From NCBI GenBank assembly GCA_001775095.1, contig MFCA01000025.1, positions 181,232-245,231 on the forward strand: a stretch of 64,000 bases of DNA, in the 5' to 3' direction. This DNA comes from Candidatus Curtissbacteria bacterium RIFOXYA1_FULL_41_14. Lineage in GTDB: Bacteria; Patescibacteriota; Microgenomatia; Curtissbacterales; GWA2-41-24. Of the stretch, positions 25,704-35,229 are shown in pieces; the first letter of the stretch is position 1, and every line of letters begins with the position of its first letter. The translations under genes were made by a program, and so were the position numbers. The notes beneath the pieces are model-generated. The model was not told where the DNA came from. It ran no database searches and saw only the letters and a list, made by a program, of their open reading frames with translations.

Positions 25704-27620
25704 TTATAGTTTTAATACCGCAAGGAATGCTTCCTGGGGTATGTCTACTTGGCCGAATCTGCGCATGCGTTTTTTGCCTTTTTTTTGCTTTTCCAAAAGC
25801 TTCATTTTGCGCGTTACGTCGCCACCGTAGAGTTTTTGAGTGACGTCTTTTCTGAAAGATGGCACGGTTTCGCGGGCAATGATTTTACCGCCGATGGCTG
25901 CTTGAATCGGAACTGGAATTTGCTGGCGGGGAATAGCCTCTTTTAACTTTACCACTAAACTTTTGCCAACAGTTTCTGCCTTTTGACGCGGAACAATCTG
26001 GACCAAACCCTCAATTGGCTGATGGTTTACCAGAATATCAAGTTTTACAAGGTCGGCATCTTTATATTCGGTGACTTCAAAATCAAACGAGGCGAAGCCT
26101 GACGTTGCACTTTTTAATTGATCATAGAAACCAATCAATAAATCCAGAAGCGGCATCAAGACTTCGATTTTTAAGGTTTTGCCGATATTTTCGAAATTTA
26201 AAATCTCTCCACGTCTTTCATGAATTAAATTGGAAATTTGTCCATAGAATTTTTCCGGTGCGTAAATTACTACTTTGGCATAGGGCTCCTGAACGTTTTT
26301 TGAAGCAGGATTAAACTGGGATGGTTTGTTAATTATCTTCCCATCTACTTCGAAATTGACTGAGGGTGAAGTCACGATAATATCCAAGTCGTATTCGCGC
26401 TCAAGACGTTCCTGAGTAATTTGGGCATGAAGTAGGCCTAAAAAACCAAGGCGAAATCCTTGCCCTAAGGTGAGTGATGTCTCACTTGAGTATGTCAATG
26501 ATGAGTCGTTTAGTTTTAACTTGTCCAAACCGTCTTTCAATTTGAGTAGCTGGTGCGGATCGGTTGGGTAAAATGACAAAAAAACAACTGGTTTTGCCTC
26601 CTGATAACCGGGTAAAGCCTTAGGATTAAGAGTACCAGAAAGAGAAATCGTATCCCCGACTTTGACTTTTGACAGATCTTTGAGGTTTGTGACGAGAAAA
26701 CCTACTTCGCCACAGAAAAGTTTTTCGACATAAGTTGGTTTTGGAGAAAGATACCCGACTTGCAGGACTTCTGCCTTGGTACGTGTTGCCAGAAATAAAA
26801 TTTGACCACCTACTTTGATTTCACCGTCGAACAGGCGGACAGTAGCGACGACTCCTTTATAAGGATCAAGGGCGGAGTCGAAGATTAGTGCTTGAGTCCC
26901 CTTTTTCACTCCCGGAGTGTTCTCCCGGTGTTGGCCAGATTTCACTCCGGGAGTGTTGGCAGAAGACGAACCGGGTTCGCGCGCTTGCTTTTCGACTGTC
27001 CTTGAACCCGGTTCGGGCCAAGAGTTTGGTGCAGGAATTCGATCAATAATCGCTTTGATAACTGACTCGACATTCTCGCCAGTCTTTGCGGAAACCTTGA
27101 GGATTTCTTCTTCCAAAAATCCTAAACTAATTAATTCTTCCTGAGTTTTTTTTATTTCTGCCTGAGGCATGTCAATTTTGTTAATAACTGGAATTATCAT
27201 TAGATCCGCCTCCTTTGCCAAATTAAAGTTAGCGATCGTCTGAGCTTGGACACCCTGAGTGGCATCGACAATCAGAACTGCCCCTTCAACTGAGGCCAAA
27301 GATCTGGAAACTTCGTAGGAAAAGTCGACATGGCCGGGGGTGTCAATGAGGTTTAGCGTATAAGCAAAGCTTGCGGTCCTCGTCGAGTCAAGACTCGACT
27401 GCGGGCCTAAGGAATTAGCGTCTAGCGTATAGTTAAGACGGATGGCTTTAAGTTTAATAGTGATGCCGTGTTCGCGCTCAAGTTCCAAATTATCCAGAAG
27501 TTGGGCTTGGTGATTTTGAGAAACTGCGCCGCATATTTCCATAATCCTGTCGGCCAAAGTTGACTTGCCGTGATCGATATGGGCAATTAAAGCAAAGTTG
27601 CGGATGCATCTTTGATCCAT
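25704..27620 (-). CDS. lepA: Elongation factor 4 (LepA) carrying an in-frame ~38-aa insertion encoded by palindromic repeats
   Basis: MDQRCIRNFALIAHIDHGKSTLADR..., with all LepA domains including the LepA C-terminal domain. The insertion (WPEPGSRTVEKQAREPGSSSANTPGVKSGQHRENTPGVKK) sits between the conserved RIPAP and ALIFDS segments. Confidence 0.95.
   Translation of the reverse strand: MDQRCIRNFALIAHIDHGKSTLADRIMEICGAVSQNHQAQLLDNLELEREHGITIKLKAIRLNYTLDANSLGPQSSLDSTRTASFAYTLNLIDTPGHVDFSYEVSRSLASVEGAVLIVDATQGVQAQTIANFNLAKEADLMIIPVINKIDMPQAEIKKTQEELISLGFLEEEILKVSAKTGENVESVIKAIIDRIPAPNSWPEPGSRTVEKQAREPGSSSANTPGVKSGQHRENTPGVKKGTQALIFDSALDPYKGVVATVRLFDGEIKVGGQILFLATRTKAEVLQVGYLSPKPTYVEKLFCGEVGFLVTNLKDLSKVKVGDTISLSGTLNPKALPGYQEAKPVVFLSFYPTDPHQLLKLKDGLDKLKLNDSSLTYSSETSLTLGQGFRLGFLGLLHAQITQERLEREYDLDIIVTSPSVNFEVDGKIINKPSQFNPASKNVQEPYAKVVIYAPEKFYGQISNLIHERRGEILNFENIGKTLKIEVLMPLLDLLIGFYDQLKSATSGFASFDFEVTEYKDADLVKLDILVNHQPIEGLVQIVPRQKAETVGKSLVVKLKEAIPRQQIPVPIQAAIGGKIIARETVPSFRKDVTQKLYGGDVTRKMKLLEKQKKGKKRMRRFGQVDIPQEAFLAVLKL
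26896..27018. repeat. GC-rich palindromic mini-element inserted in-frame in lepA (2x CACTCCSGGAGTG and 2x GAACCSGGTTC)
   Basis: cactcccggagtg (26907-26919), cactccgggagtg (26943-26955), gaaccgggttc (26968-26978) and gaacccggttc (27004-27014). Related palindromes recur in metG, pcrA and the AddA-like gene. Confidence 0.7.
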
Positions 27621-27814
27621 AGATGAAAGTATAGCAAAGGTGGGGTTAGGTGAGATACGAATTCCTTAAATCCGAAGCACGAAATCCGAAATCCTAAACA
27701 ATATCAAAATCCAAATTACAAAAATTCAAAACTGGAAATTTAGTTTGGAATTTGGAATTTAAAAATTAGAATTTGTTTCGAAATTCGAATTTAGATATTA
27801 GGATTTACCGAATC
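27621..27814. repeat. AT-rich quasi-palindromic intergenic element (same family as 19872-20024)
   Basis: aaatccgaaatcctaaacaatatcaaaatccaaatt ... gaatttggaatttaaaaattagaatttgtttcgaaattcgaatttagatattaggattt. The right half is approximately the reverse complement of the left half. Confidence 0.55.
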
Positions 27815-29482
27815 CTACGGATTCGGTTGCTGGGCATCGATAGACGTAGGTGCAGGTCTGGCTAGCTTGGCAGGTAATCGGATAATTCTTTTGGCAAAAT
27901 TATAAAAAACGACGATCTGCTCAACCTTAAACAGCCAAGAAAGCAAAAGATAAACGGAAAGACCCACAGCTGTGGCAATGGAAGTTAAAACAATTAACTC
28001 AATGGTTCTGGTAGTATCAAAAACTAATTGGTCTAAGAGTTTCATCGGGATATAAAGAAAAATGGCAGTGACAAGACTAATTGCCGACATTTTCAAAATA
28101 GGTAAAAATAGCTCTTTTTGGACAAATTTAACTTTTCTATCTAACAAAAATAAAAGTAAAAGGACATTAATTATATTGGCAGTTGAATAGGCAATCGCAA
28201 GATAAACAATTGAAAGTTTAAAAATAAGGATAAATACAAAACTTAGGAAAATATTAAAAACGACAGTTAAAACATTTATCTTTACGGGCGTAACACTGTC
28301 CCTTAGAGCATAAAATCCCCTGGTTAAAAGCAGGCTCGCTGCTTGCGCGGCAATACCAATTGAAAAGGCAATTAACACTCTACCTGTTAAGAGGGTCGTT
28401 TCCCAAGGAAACTCTTTGGCGCCGAAAACTAGCCTTACAATAGGAACTCTAAGAATCGCCAAAATTGCAGCCGCCGGCAAAATCAAAAAGAGAATTTGGT
28501 GGAGTGATTCAACAAAAATCTTCTTAAATTGCTGATATCTTTTGGCATTAAATTCAATTGAGAGTGATGGCAGAGAGGCTTGAGCAATCGATGCGGCAAA
28601 AAGAGCCGCCGGCACATACTGTAAAACTTGGGCGAAATTAAAAGCGACAATTGAGCCAACTGTGGCGATTGAAGCTAAGGCAATATTGATCATATCTGAA
28701 ATCCTTACTAAGCCAAGAGCAATTGAACGTGGCCACATCAGAGAAAAAGTCTCACGCACATCTTTATTTTTAATATCGAGAACTGGTCTAAATTTAAAAC
28801 CAAGGGACAGTACAAGAGGTAATTGGACTACAAGATGAAGGAGTGCTCCCAGAATCATACCGATTGCCGGGGCATAAATACCAAAGACAGGTACCAAAAA
28901 TATTATTGAGACAATAATACCAATGTTATAAAAAACTGAAGCTAAGGCTGGAACCAGAAATCTCTGAAAAGACTGCAGGATCCCGGTTAAAAATATTGAA
29001 ATAACAAAAAACAACTGGGCTAGGATCATAATTCTTATAAGCCTAGCTATTAAAGGTAAGGTCATTGGATCTTTAGAAATAAGGCCGGGAGCAATTATTG
29101 GGGCGATAAATTTAGCGCAAATAATGACAAGGGCCGAAATGACAACAAAGGCTACAAGACTTAGGGTAATCATCGCGGAAGAAAGATGCCAGGCTTTTTC
29201 TAATTTATCTTTTGATAAGTATTGAGAAAAAACCGGAATGAAGGCAAGAGCAATTGTCCCAAAAATTAACACTTCGAAAATAGCCTCGGGCAAAATTGAT
29301 GCCGCAATGAAACTATCGAGGAGCTTGATGTTGTCACCAAAATACGAGGCCAATAGTCGGTAACGAACAAGACCTAAAATTCTTGAGAGGGCAACAGAAA
29401 AACCGATAACAAATGCGGCGGAAAGAATATCCTCCTGTCTTTTTTTAAAAAAGTTGGCTCCGTTTTTGAGAATATACAACAT
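27815..29482 (-). CDS. murJ: Lipid II flippase MurJ (MviN family)
   Basis: Polytopic (about 14 TM) protein. N-terminal ...AAFVIGFSVALSRILGLVRYRLLASYFG... is typical of MurJ. 555 aa. Confidence 0.8.
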   Translation of the reverse strand: MLYILKNGANFFKKRQEDILSAAFVIGFSVALSRILGLVRYRLLASYFGDNIKLLDSFIAASILPEAIFEVLIFGTIALAFIPVFSQYLSKDKLEKAWHLSSAMITLSLVAFVVISALVIICAKFIAPIIAPGLISKDPMTLPLIARLIRIMILAQLFFVISIFLTGILQSFQRFLVPALASVFYNIGIIVSIIFLVPVFGIYAPAIGMILGALLHLVVQLPLVLSLGFKFRPVLDIKNKDVRETFSLMWPRSIALGLVRISDMINIALASIATVGSIVAFNFAQVLQYVPAALFAASIAQASLPSLSIEFNAKRYQQFKKIFVESLHQILFLILPAAAILAILRVPIVRLVFGAKEFPWETTLLTGRVLIAFSIGIAAQAASLLLTRGFYALRDSVTPVKINVLTVVFNIFLSFVFILIFKLSIVYLAIAYSTANIINVLLLLFLLDRKVKFVQKELFLPILKMSAISLVTAIFLYIPMKLLDQLVFDTTRTIELIVLTSIATAVGLSVYLLLSWLFKVEQIVVFYNFAKRIIRLPAKLARPAPTSIDAQQPNP

Positions 29483-29497
29483 GAATTAATTAACCAA

Positions 29498-29527
29498 TTG
29501 ACCTATTTGACCTATTTGACCTAAAAT
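29498..29527 (+). promoter_or_regulatory. Candidate rpsT promoter (TTGACC-N18-TAAAAT) within a 3x tandem TATTTGACC repeat
   Basis: ttgacctatttgacctatttgacctaaaat lies about 50 nt upstream of the rpsT ATG. Confidence 0.35.
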
Positions 29528-29577
29528 TACCGGGGTCACAAAAGTTTAGTGAATTAATACTTAGAAATTTTATCGAT

Positions 29578-29844
29578 ATGCCGGTAACAAAACAAGCAAT
29601 CAAAAAGGTCAGAGCTGATAAGCGAAAGACGATTATCAATCTTAGAGTTAAAAAAAACCTTAAAAAAACAGTTGCGGCTTTTTCTAAAAACCCGACGACC
29701 GCAGCTTTAAAAACTGTTTATAAGCTGGCAGACCGTGCGGCAAAAACCAATATAATTCACAAAAATAAAGCGGCGCGTTTAAAATCAAGGCTCTCAAATC
29801 TAGTAAAATCTCCAACTAAAACTCGAAAAAAGTCTAATCGTTGA
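29578..29844 (+). CDS. rpsT: 30S ribosomal protein S20
   Basis: 88 aa, basic, MPVTKQAIKKVRADKRKTIINLRVKKNLKK..., with the S20 N-terminal pattern and its helical K/R-rich composition. Confidence 0.8.
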   Translation: MPVTKQAIKKVRADKRKTIINLRVKKNLKKTVAAFSKNPTTAALKTVYKLADRAAKTNIIHKNKAARLKSRLSNLVKSPTKTRKKSNR

Positions 29845-29880
29845 CATCGCGGTATACTAAATATTATCCTTATATAAGTA

Positions 29881-30108
29881 ATGATGAAATCTGCTCGAGT
29901 TATCGGCATTGTATCTTCAGGTTTAAGCTGGCTAACCTTAGCCACGGATGCTTTTGCCCAAACTGCGACCCAATCTGCAAGTAAAGGCGGCACGAGTGGC
30001 GCTCTCCCCAATGCAGGTACAACCGGACTAACCTATTTGATATTTGTGGGTGGTGTAATTTTGTTTGTTTTCGGTACTATCAAGTTGATCTTAAGCTATA
30101 GAAATTAA
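29881..30108 (+). CDS. Small secreted/membrane protein (signal peptide plus C-terminal TM), hypothetical
   Basis: Signal-like N-terminus ending AFAQTA, a G/T-rich middle and a C-terminal helix LTYLIFVGGVILFVFGTIKLIL. Reminiscent of small pilin-like or VirB2-like proteins, but this is not established. Confidence 0.35.
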   Translation: MMKSARVIGIVSSGLSWLTLATDAFAQTATQSASKGGTSGALPNAGTTGLTYLIFVGGVILFVFGTIKLILSYRN

Positions 30109-30111
30109 ATC

Positions 30112-31254
30112 TCACTTCTCTTCAAGTTTAAAGATCTCTCCTTGAATGTATTCTGCCAAATCGGTCCAATTGTTATTTTTGGGCACAAGCACAAACTGGC
30201 CATTATGAGCCTGCGAATCGCCAACTTCCAATACACTTTCATCTCTACCGACATCAAGTACAATTCTTCGAATTGTTGAAGGGTCTATTTTTGCTTCAAG
30301 TTTTAGAAAATAAGGCACATCTTCGTCTGTTATATCGGTGTCAATCGACTGTCCAAAGGTTTTAGCAAGATCAATAATGGTCTTGGGATTTAAGAGAGTC
30401 TGGGTCGATAAGGCCTTTTGGCGAAAGGCTAAGATTACCTTTTGTTGGCGGGCGCTTCTTGCGAAATCCGATCCTTGACCGTTTGTTCCATATCGACTTC
30501 TGACAAATTTTAGGGCCTTTGTTCCGTCCATATGGGTTAAGCCAGTATTAAATGATATCGTTTCATATCGACAGGTAAAGGGATTATTCTGGTCAGTTAT
30601 ATCTTCTAGAGGAATAGCCGAACCGGTAGCATCTTTAACAATTTCCCGAGATATACCGTCAACTTCTTCTGTTTCAATAGTAAGTCCGCAGAGATCGTCC
30701 TGCCTGCCGGCAATTGGATATCGGGAGTCGACAAAAGTATTTTCGACTTCAACATCAAGACCATTTACTAGATCTATAGCTTTAATAAACCCGTCAAAAT
30801 CTATTCGAAAGGCATAATGGATTGGCAGACCAAACAGTTCTACGGATGCCTTTTTTACCTGAGAGAGTCCACTTTCGTCTTTTTCCTGTCCGTAGGCATA
30901 GACTGCGTTGATTTTGGCAGAAACACCCGGCGCCCAAAGATCCCTGGGAATTGATACTAAAACAACGTCTTTTCCTTCTTTATCTACCGATGCCAAAATC
31001 ATTGTGTCAGAAAGATCAGGTCCTTCATGACCTTGTCCGCCAATACCCAGAAGTAGAATATTTGTTCTCCCGTTGTCGCTTTTAAGACCGGTGTCGGTAA
31101 TCAGCTGGACAACGGTTTTTGGACCTTTAAAGATAATCTTATCAAGGCCAGTTATTTTTATTGCTGCAAATGTGAGTGCGGTAAGTAAGATTGTGAAAGT
31201 TAATATTTTAAAAATATTTGGTGACTTTTTACGATCCGTTCCCAGCTGACGCAT
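30112..31254 (-). CDS. LCP family (LytR-CpsA-Psr) cell-envelope phosphotransferase
   Basis: N-terminal TM, then NILLLGIGGQGHEGPDLSDTMILASVDKEGKDVVLVSIPRDLW, the conserved LCP core. Confidence 0.8.
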   Translation of the reverse strand: MRQLGTDRKKSPNIFKILTFTILLTALTFAAIKITGLDKIIFKGPKTVVQLITDTGLKSDNGRTNILLLGIGGQGHEGPDLSDTMILASVDKEGKDVVLVSIPRDLWAPGVSAKINAVYAYGQEKDESGLSQVKKASVELFGLPIHYAFRIDFDGFIKAIDLVNGLDVEVENTFVDSRYPIAGRQDDLCGLTIETEEVDGISREIVKDATGSAIPLEDITDQNNPFTCRYETISFNTGLTHMDGTKALKFVRSRYGTNGQGSDFARSARQQKVILAFRQKALSTQTLLNPKTIIDLAKTFGQSIDTDITDEDVPYFLKLEAKIDPSTIRRIVLDVGRDESVLEVGDSQAHNGQFVLVPKNNNWTDLAEYIQGEIFKLEEK

Positions 31255-31258
31255 TATA

Positions 31259-31975
31259 TTATTGAATTATCGAGTTTTGAATTACTTGAATAAATATTTG
31301 AGGATCAACACTTGCCTGACCAATAAGCCCGCCATCCAAATTATCTTGAGTGAAGAATTCTTTCACATTTTCCGGATTAATGCTTCCTCCATAAATAATC
31401 GACACTTTCTGGCCAATTTTTTGTTTGATCTCTAGAGCTTTTTCATTAGCATTTTTCGGTCTTTCAGGTTTATATTCTCTGCCGCTACTGATAGCGGTTG
31501 GTGGTTCATAAACAAAGATAATTCTTTCTGAATTTTCGGTTATTTGGCTGCTTTCTGTAAGATATAAATCAAGTTGCTTCAGGTCGCTAACACAGAGAAT
31601 TGGGGTAATATTATTTACGAGTAAAGTCTTAACTTTTTTAATTGCATCATCAGCAGTCTCATTAAAATATTTTCTTCTTTCTGAATGACCAACAATTGAA
31701 TATTGTATAATATCCGCTATTTGTGATGCGGCGACTTCTCCGGTGTAAGCTCCTTGCTCAAATTTGGAAATGTCCTGACCTGCTAATTTTAATTTCCAAC
31801 CGGCTGTTTTGATCTTTTCAGCGCAAGAAGCAAGAAAGGTAAATGTTGGACAAACAATAATAGTTCCAGAAAAAGAATTTGAACGAGGTCCGACCTCCTC
31901 AAGCCAGATTGACATTTGATCCCAAGTCTTATTTGCCTTGAGATTGGCAATAACTATTGGTGTTGGATTATTCAT
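31259..31975 (-). CDS. tpiA: Triosephosphate isomerase
   Basis: IANLKAN..., VGHSERR, YEPPTAISSG and IIYGGSINPENV, the TIM catalytic motifs. Confidence 0.85.
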   Translation of the reverse strand: MNNPTPIVIANLKANKTWDQMSIWLEEVGPRSNSFSGTIIVCPTFTFLASCAEKIKTAGWKLKLAGQDISKFEQGAYTGEVAASQIADIIQYSIVGHSERRKYFNETADDAIKKVKTLLVNNITPILCVSDLKQLDLYLTESSQITENSERIIFVYEPPTAISSGREYKPERPKNANEKALEIKQKIGQKVSIIYGGSINPENVKEFFTQDNLDGGLIGQASVDPQIFIQVIQNSIIQ

Positions 31976-32255
31976 ATTTGGAGATTACCTTAATAAAGTT
32001 GTCTTTTTGGGTTGCGCCGATAATCCGATCTACTTCTTTATCTCCTTTTAGGAAAATGTAAGTCGGAATAGACATAACATTGTATTTGGCAGCCATTTCT
32101 TGATTTTCGTCAACATTGATTTTTTCAAAATCAACCTTGCCTTTGAACTCTTTTTCAACCTCATCCACAATCGGCTCCATGAATTTACAAGGGCCACACC
32201 ACTCGGCCCAGAAATCTATAATCTTTAGCATACTTTTGATATTATATATCAACAA
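31968..32255 (-). CDS. trxA: Thioredoxin
   Basis: 95 aa with FWAEWCGPCK (the CGPC active site). Confidence 0.9.
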   Translation of the reverse strand: MLIYNIKSMLKIIDFWAEWCGPCKFMEPIVDEVEKEFKGKVDFEKINVDENQEMAAKYNVMSIPTYIFLKGDKEVDRIIGATQKDNFIKVISKYE

Positions 32256-32391
32256 ACTCGAAATTCGAATATCGAAATTCTAAACAATATTTAAATTCAA
32301 ATGATCTAATGACCAAATTTTGAAGCACTCGTATTTCTGAAATTAGAATTTGTTTCGGATTTCGGATTTATGATTTCGAATTTATTGTAAG
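32256..32391. repeat. AT-rich quasi-palindromic element in the divergent trxA/pcrA promoter region (same family)
   Basis: tcgaaattcgaatatcgaaattctaaacaatatttaaattcaaat ... attagaatttgtttcggatttcggatttatgatttcgaattt. Confidence 0.5.
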
Positions 32392-34251
32392 ATGAATCTC
32401 CTTAAGGATTTAGATCCCGCCCAAGTTGAAGCTGTCAAACAAACAGAAGGACCGGTTTTGATTTTGGCTGGGGCGGGCAGTGGAAAAACACGAGTTTTGA
32501 CATATAAAGTCGCCTATTTAATTTCGCAAGGAGTGAGACCAGAAAATATTCTGGCGGTGACCTTCACAAATAAAGCGGCTAATGAGATGAAGGGGAGAGT
32601 CATAAAGTTATTAGTTCATGGTTCACAGTTCACAGACAGAACCCCCACACCTTATGTCGGTACTTTTCATTCCTTTTGCGCAAAGCTGTTGCGAGTCGAA
32701 GGCAAATATATCGGGATCCCTTCCGGTTATCTAATTTATGATGATGATGACAGTTTAAATTTGGTAAAAAATATCATGAATGAAGAAAGCATCTCGTCTA
32801 AAAATTTTCGGCCGAGTTCGATCTTGGCAGCAATTTCATCGGCAAAAAATGAGTTGGTCTCGTCTTCTGATTATGCCCAATTTGCTCACGGTTATTTTGC
32901 GCAAACCGTGGCGACTGTTTACAAGATTTACCAAAAAGAGCTTGTAAAAATTTACGCCTGTGACTTTGACGATCTATTGGTTAAAAGCGTCGAGGTATTC
33001 AGAAGTAATCCGACGATACTTGATAAATGGGCGAAAAGATTCAGTTATGTTCTGGTCGATGAATACCAGGATGTTAATACTGCCCAGTACATTTTGACAA
33101 AACAGCTTGCCAGCGCGCGTGGCAACTTAACTGTTGTCGGGGATGCCTCGCAGGCGATTTATTCTTTTAGGGGAGCCGATTTTCGCAATATCCTGAATTT
33201 TGAGAGGGATTTTCCCAATTCTAAAATATTTAATCTTGAGCAAAACTACCGATCAACACAAATGATTCTTGACGCAGCCAATGCTGTGATTATCCACAAC
33301 AGTTCACATCCGGTTTTAAAACTTTGGACCAAAAATCCGACCGGCGAAAAAATTGCTCTTTTTAATGCCTCAAGTGAAATTGATGAAGCGAATTTTATCG
33401 TCGAGAGGCTTCTCGATGACATAACAAAGAGACACTACCGGAGTGTGCCCCGAAGTAGCAAAGCGCACTCCGGAAGTGAAAACGGGCCGAGATTCTCTGA
33501 TTTTGCTGTTCTTTATAGAACTAATGCCCAGTCAAGAACTGTCGAGGAAGCATTTTTGCATTCCAATATTCCCTATCGGCTTTACGGGGGCGTGCGTTTT
33601 TACGGGCGCAAGGAAGTTAAAGACGTATTGGCTTATCTGCGCCTAATCGCCAACTCCAAGGACAAAATCGCCAAGGACAGAGTCGAAAAATTAGGCAAAA
33701 AACGCTTTGAAAAATTCCAAGAATTGAAAAAGGATCCGCACCTCGAAAAATTCTCACCGATAGAGCTTATTGATAAGGTACTTGAGACAACCGATTATTT
33801 AGCACTTATTGATGACGGTTCTGAGCAGGGCTTAGCACGGGTTGAAAACGTCAAAGAATTAAAATCTGTGGCTGCTGATTTTGAAAATCTTAGCAGCTTT
33901 TTAGAAAATGTGGCTTTGATGGAAGGAATGGTTACACCGGAAAAATCGTACGAGAATAAGGAGGAATCAGACGTAGTAACACTTATGACTATTCATTCTG
34001 CCAAAGGTTTGGAGTTTGACAATGTTTTTATTATAGGTATGGAAGAAGGTTTATTTCCGCATTCGCGAAGTATGCTGGATCCGTCTCAGATTGAGGAGGA
34101 AAGAAGACTTGCCTACGTTGGAATGACGCGGGCTAAAAAGAAACTTTATCTGACTTATGCGACTAACAGATTATACTTCGGAACCCACAGCGCCAATTTA
34201 GTTTCGCGGTTTGTGGTGGATATACCGGAAGAATTAATTACGGCAATTTAG
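32392..34251 (+). CDS. pcrA: UvrD/PcrA-type ATP-dependent DNA helicase with a short repeat-encoded in-frame insertion
   Basis: Walker A AGAGSGKTRVLTYKVAYLI, with helicase motifs through VLYRTNAQSR and the C-terminal GLEFD...MTRAKKKLYL. The insertion is around aa 345-365 (RHYRSVPRSSKAHSGSENGPR). Confidence 0.9.
   Translation: MNLLKDLDPAQVEAVKQTEGPVLILAGAGSGKTRVLTYKVAYLISQGVRPENILAVTFTNKAANEMKGRVIKLLVHGSQFTDRTPTPYVGTFHSFCAKLLRVEGKYIGIPSGYLIYDDDDSLNLVKNIMNEESISSKNFRPSSILAAISSAKNELVSSSDYAQFAHGYFAQTVATVYKIYQKELVKIYACDFDDLLVKSVEVFRSNPTILDKWAKRFSYVLVDEYQDVNTAQYILTKQLASARGNLTVVGDASQAIYSFRGADFRNILNFERDFPNSKIFNLEQNYRSTQMILDAANAVIIHNSSHPVLKLWTKNPTGEKIALFNASSEIDEANFIVERLLDDITKRHYRSVPRSSKAHSGSENGPRFSDFAVLYRTNAQSRTVEEAFLHSNIPYRLYGGVRFYGRKEVKDVLAYLRLIANSKDKIAKDRVEKLGKKRFEKFQELKKDPHLEKFSPIELIDKVLETTDYLALIDDGSEQGLARVENVKELKSVAADFENLSSFLENVALMEGMVTPEKSYENKEESDVVTLMTIHSAKGLEFDNVFIIGMEEGLFPHSRSMLDPSQIEEERRLAYVGMTRAKKKLYLTYATNRLYFGTHSANLVSRFVVDIPEELITAI
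33430..33480. repeat. Palindromic mini-element inside pcrA (CACTACCGGAGTG ... CACTCCGGAAGTG)
   Basis: cactaccggagtg at 33434-33446 and cactccggaagtg at 33466-33478. Same family as the lepA and metG inserts. Confidence 0.6.
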
Positions 34252-34338
34252 ATTTTGTTCTTCGACAGTAATGGAACTTATACATGGAGTAATTCTGACT
34301 AAAAATTACTACTGGAATAATATATACTATCTATAAAG

Positions 34339-34743
34339 ATGTCTCTATTTAAAGCAATCCATATCTTATTCACGTTGGCCCTTACTTTTTTTGGAATCAT
34401 TTTTGGCGGAATTTTTTTGTTTGGCGGCGGTTTTCCGTCATCCATACCAAAAAGTACAATCGAGTCATATTTTATTGGTCTAAGTTTTTTTGGATTAGTA
34501 TTCTTTTCAATCATGTTTCTGATCAATTTATCCAATTCTCTAAAAAATCTGGAATTACTCTCAAAGTATGGACTATTAGCAACCTCAGTGCTAAGTATTA
34601 TCGGATTAAGCATTTTTGGGAACAGTGAATGGGGACTAGTCTGTTGCCCTCGGGGATATACTGGAGGTTTCTACACAATTTTTTTCTTTTTACTGATCCT
34701 ACATTTTTTAAATTCTACTATCTTAGTTCTAATTAAAAAATAA
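34339..34743 (+). CDS. Hypothetical small polytopic membrane protein (uncertain)
   Basis: Four hydrophobic helices. Competes with the antisense ORF 34299..34613, and neither has recognisable motifs. Confidence 0.3.
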   Translation: MSLFKAIHILFTLALTFFGIIFGGIFLFGGGFPSSIPKSTIESYFIGLSFFGLVFFSIMFLINLSNSLKNLELLSKYGLLATSVLSIIGLSIFGNSEWGLVCCPRGYTGGFYTIFFFLLILHFLNSTILVLIKK

Positions 34744-34803
34744 AGCCTTTCCTCTTAATTTCAGTCTAGCAGATTTTGAGGTAGTTGATTGAGCGAGGTA
34801 GTG

Positions 34804-35229
34804 TTAGCGATAATCTTTTAAAGAGATCACTTTAATGTCTTTAATTTTCGCCTGGTGCTTTGGATTATCAGTAACCAAAACTGCATTTAACAATTTTGCC
34901 AAAGAAACAAAACACGCGTCGTAATAGGTAATTTTTGATTTTTCGCCAATTTTGTAAGTTTCTTCTGCCTGAACTGCACTTTCTGAAACAAATTTTACCG
35001 GCAAAGAATATAACGTGGCTAAACTTGTTTTGGCATCTTGGATTGTATAGTGCTTTCCAGTAAGTAAAGCGTTTCCGACTTCATATTTTGCAAGCTCTGG
35101 AGTAAATATTTCTATATTGCCTTTTTCTGCATCATTTATAATGGCATTTGCCTTGTCCAGACGCAGTTCGTCTTGGCTAGATAACCATTTAATGATAACT
35201 GAAGAATCGCAAATTACTTTTCCTTTCAA
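34804..35229 (-). CDS. vapC: PIN-domain ribonuclease toxin (VapC-like)
   Basis: VICDSSVIIKWLSSQDE...YDACFVSLAK...LVTDN, giving the PIN acidic residues D8, E and D/D. Overlaps the upstream antitoxin ORF by 4 bp. Confidence 0.75.
   Translation of the reverse strand: MKGKVICDSSVIIKWLSSQDELRLDKANAIINDAEKGNIEIFTPELAKYEVGNALLTGKHYTIQDAKTSLATLYSLPVKFVSESAVQAEETYKIGEKSKITYYDACFVSLAKLLNAVLVTDNPKHQAKIKDIKVISLKDYR

Noticed and set aside
34299-34613. 104-aa minus-strand ORF
   Set aside because: It overlaps a plus-strand ORF that has four convincing TM helices. Neither has motifs, and the plus-strand one is preferred with low confidence.
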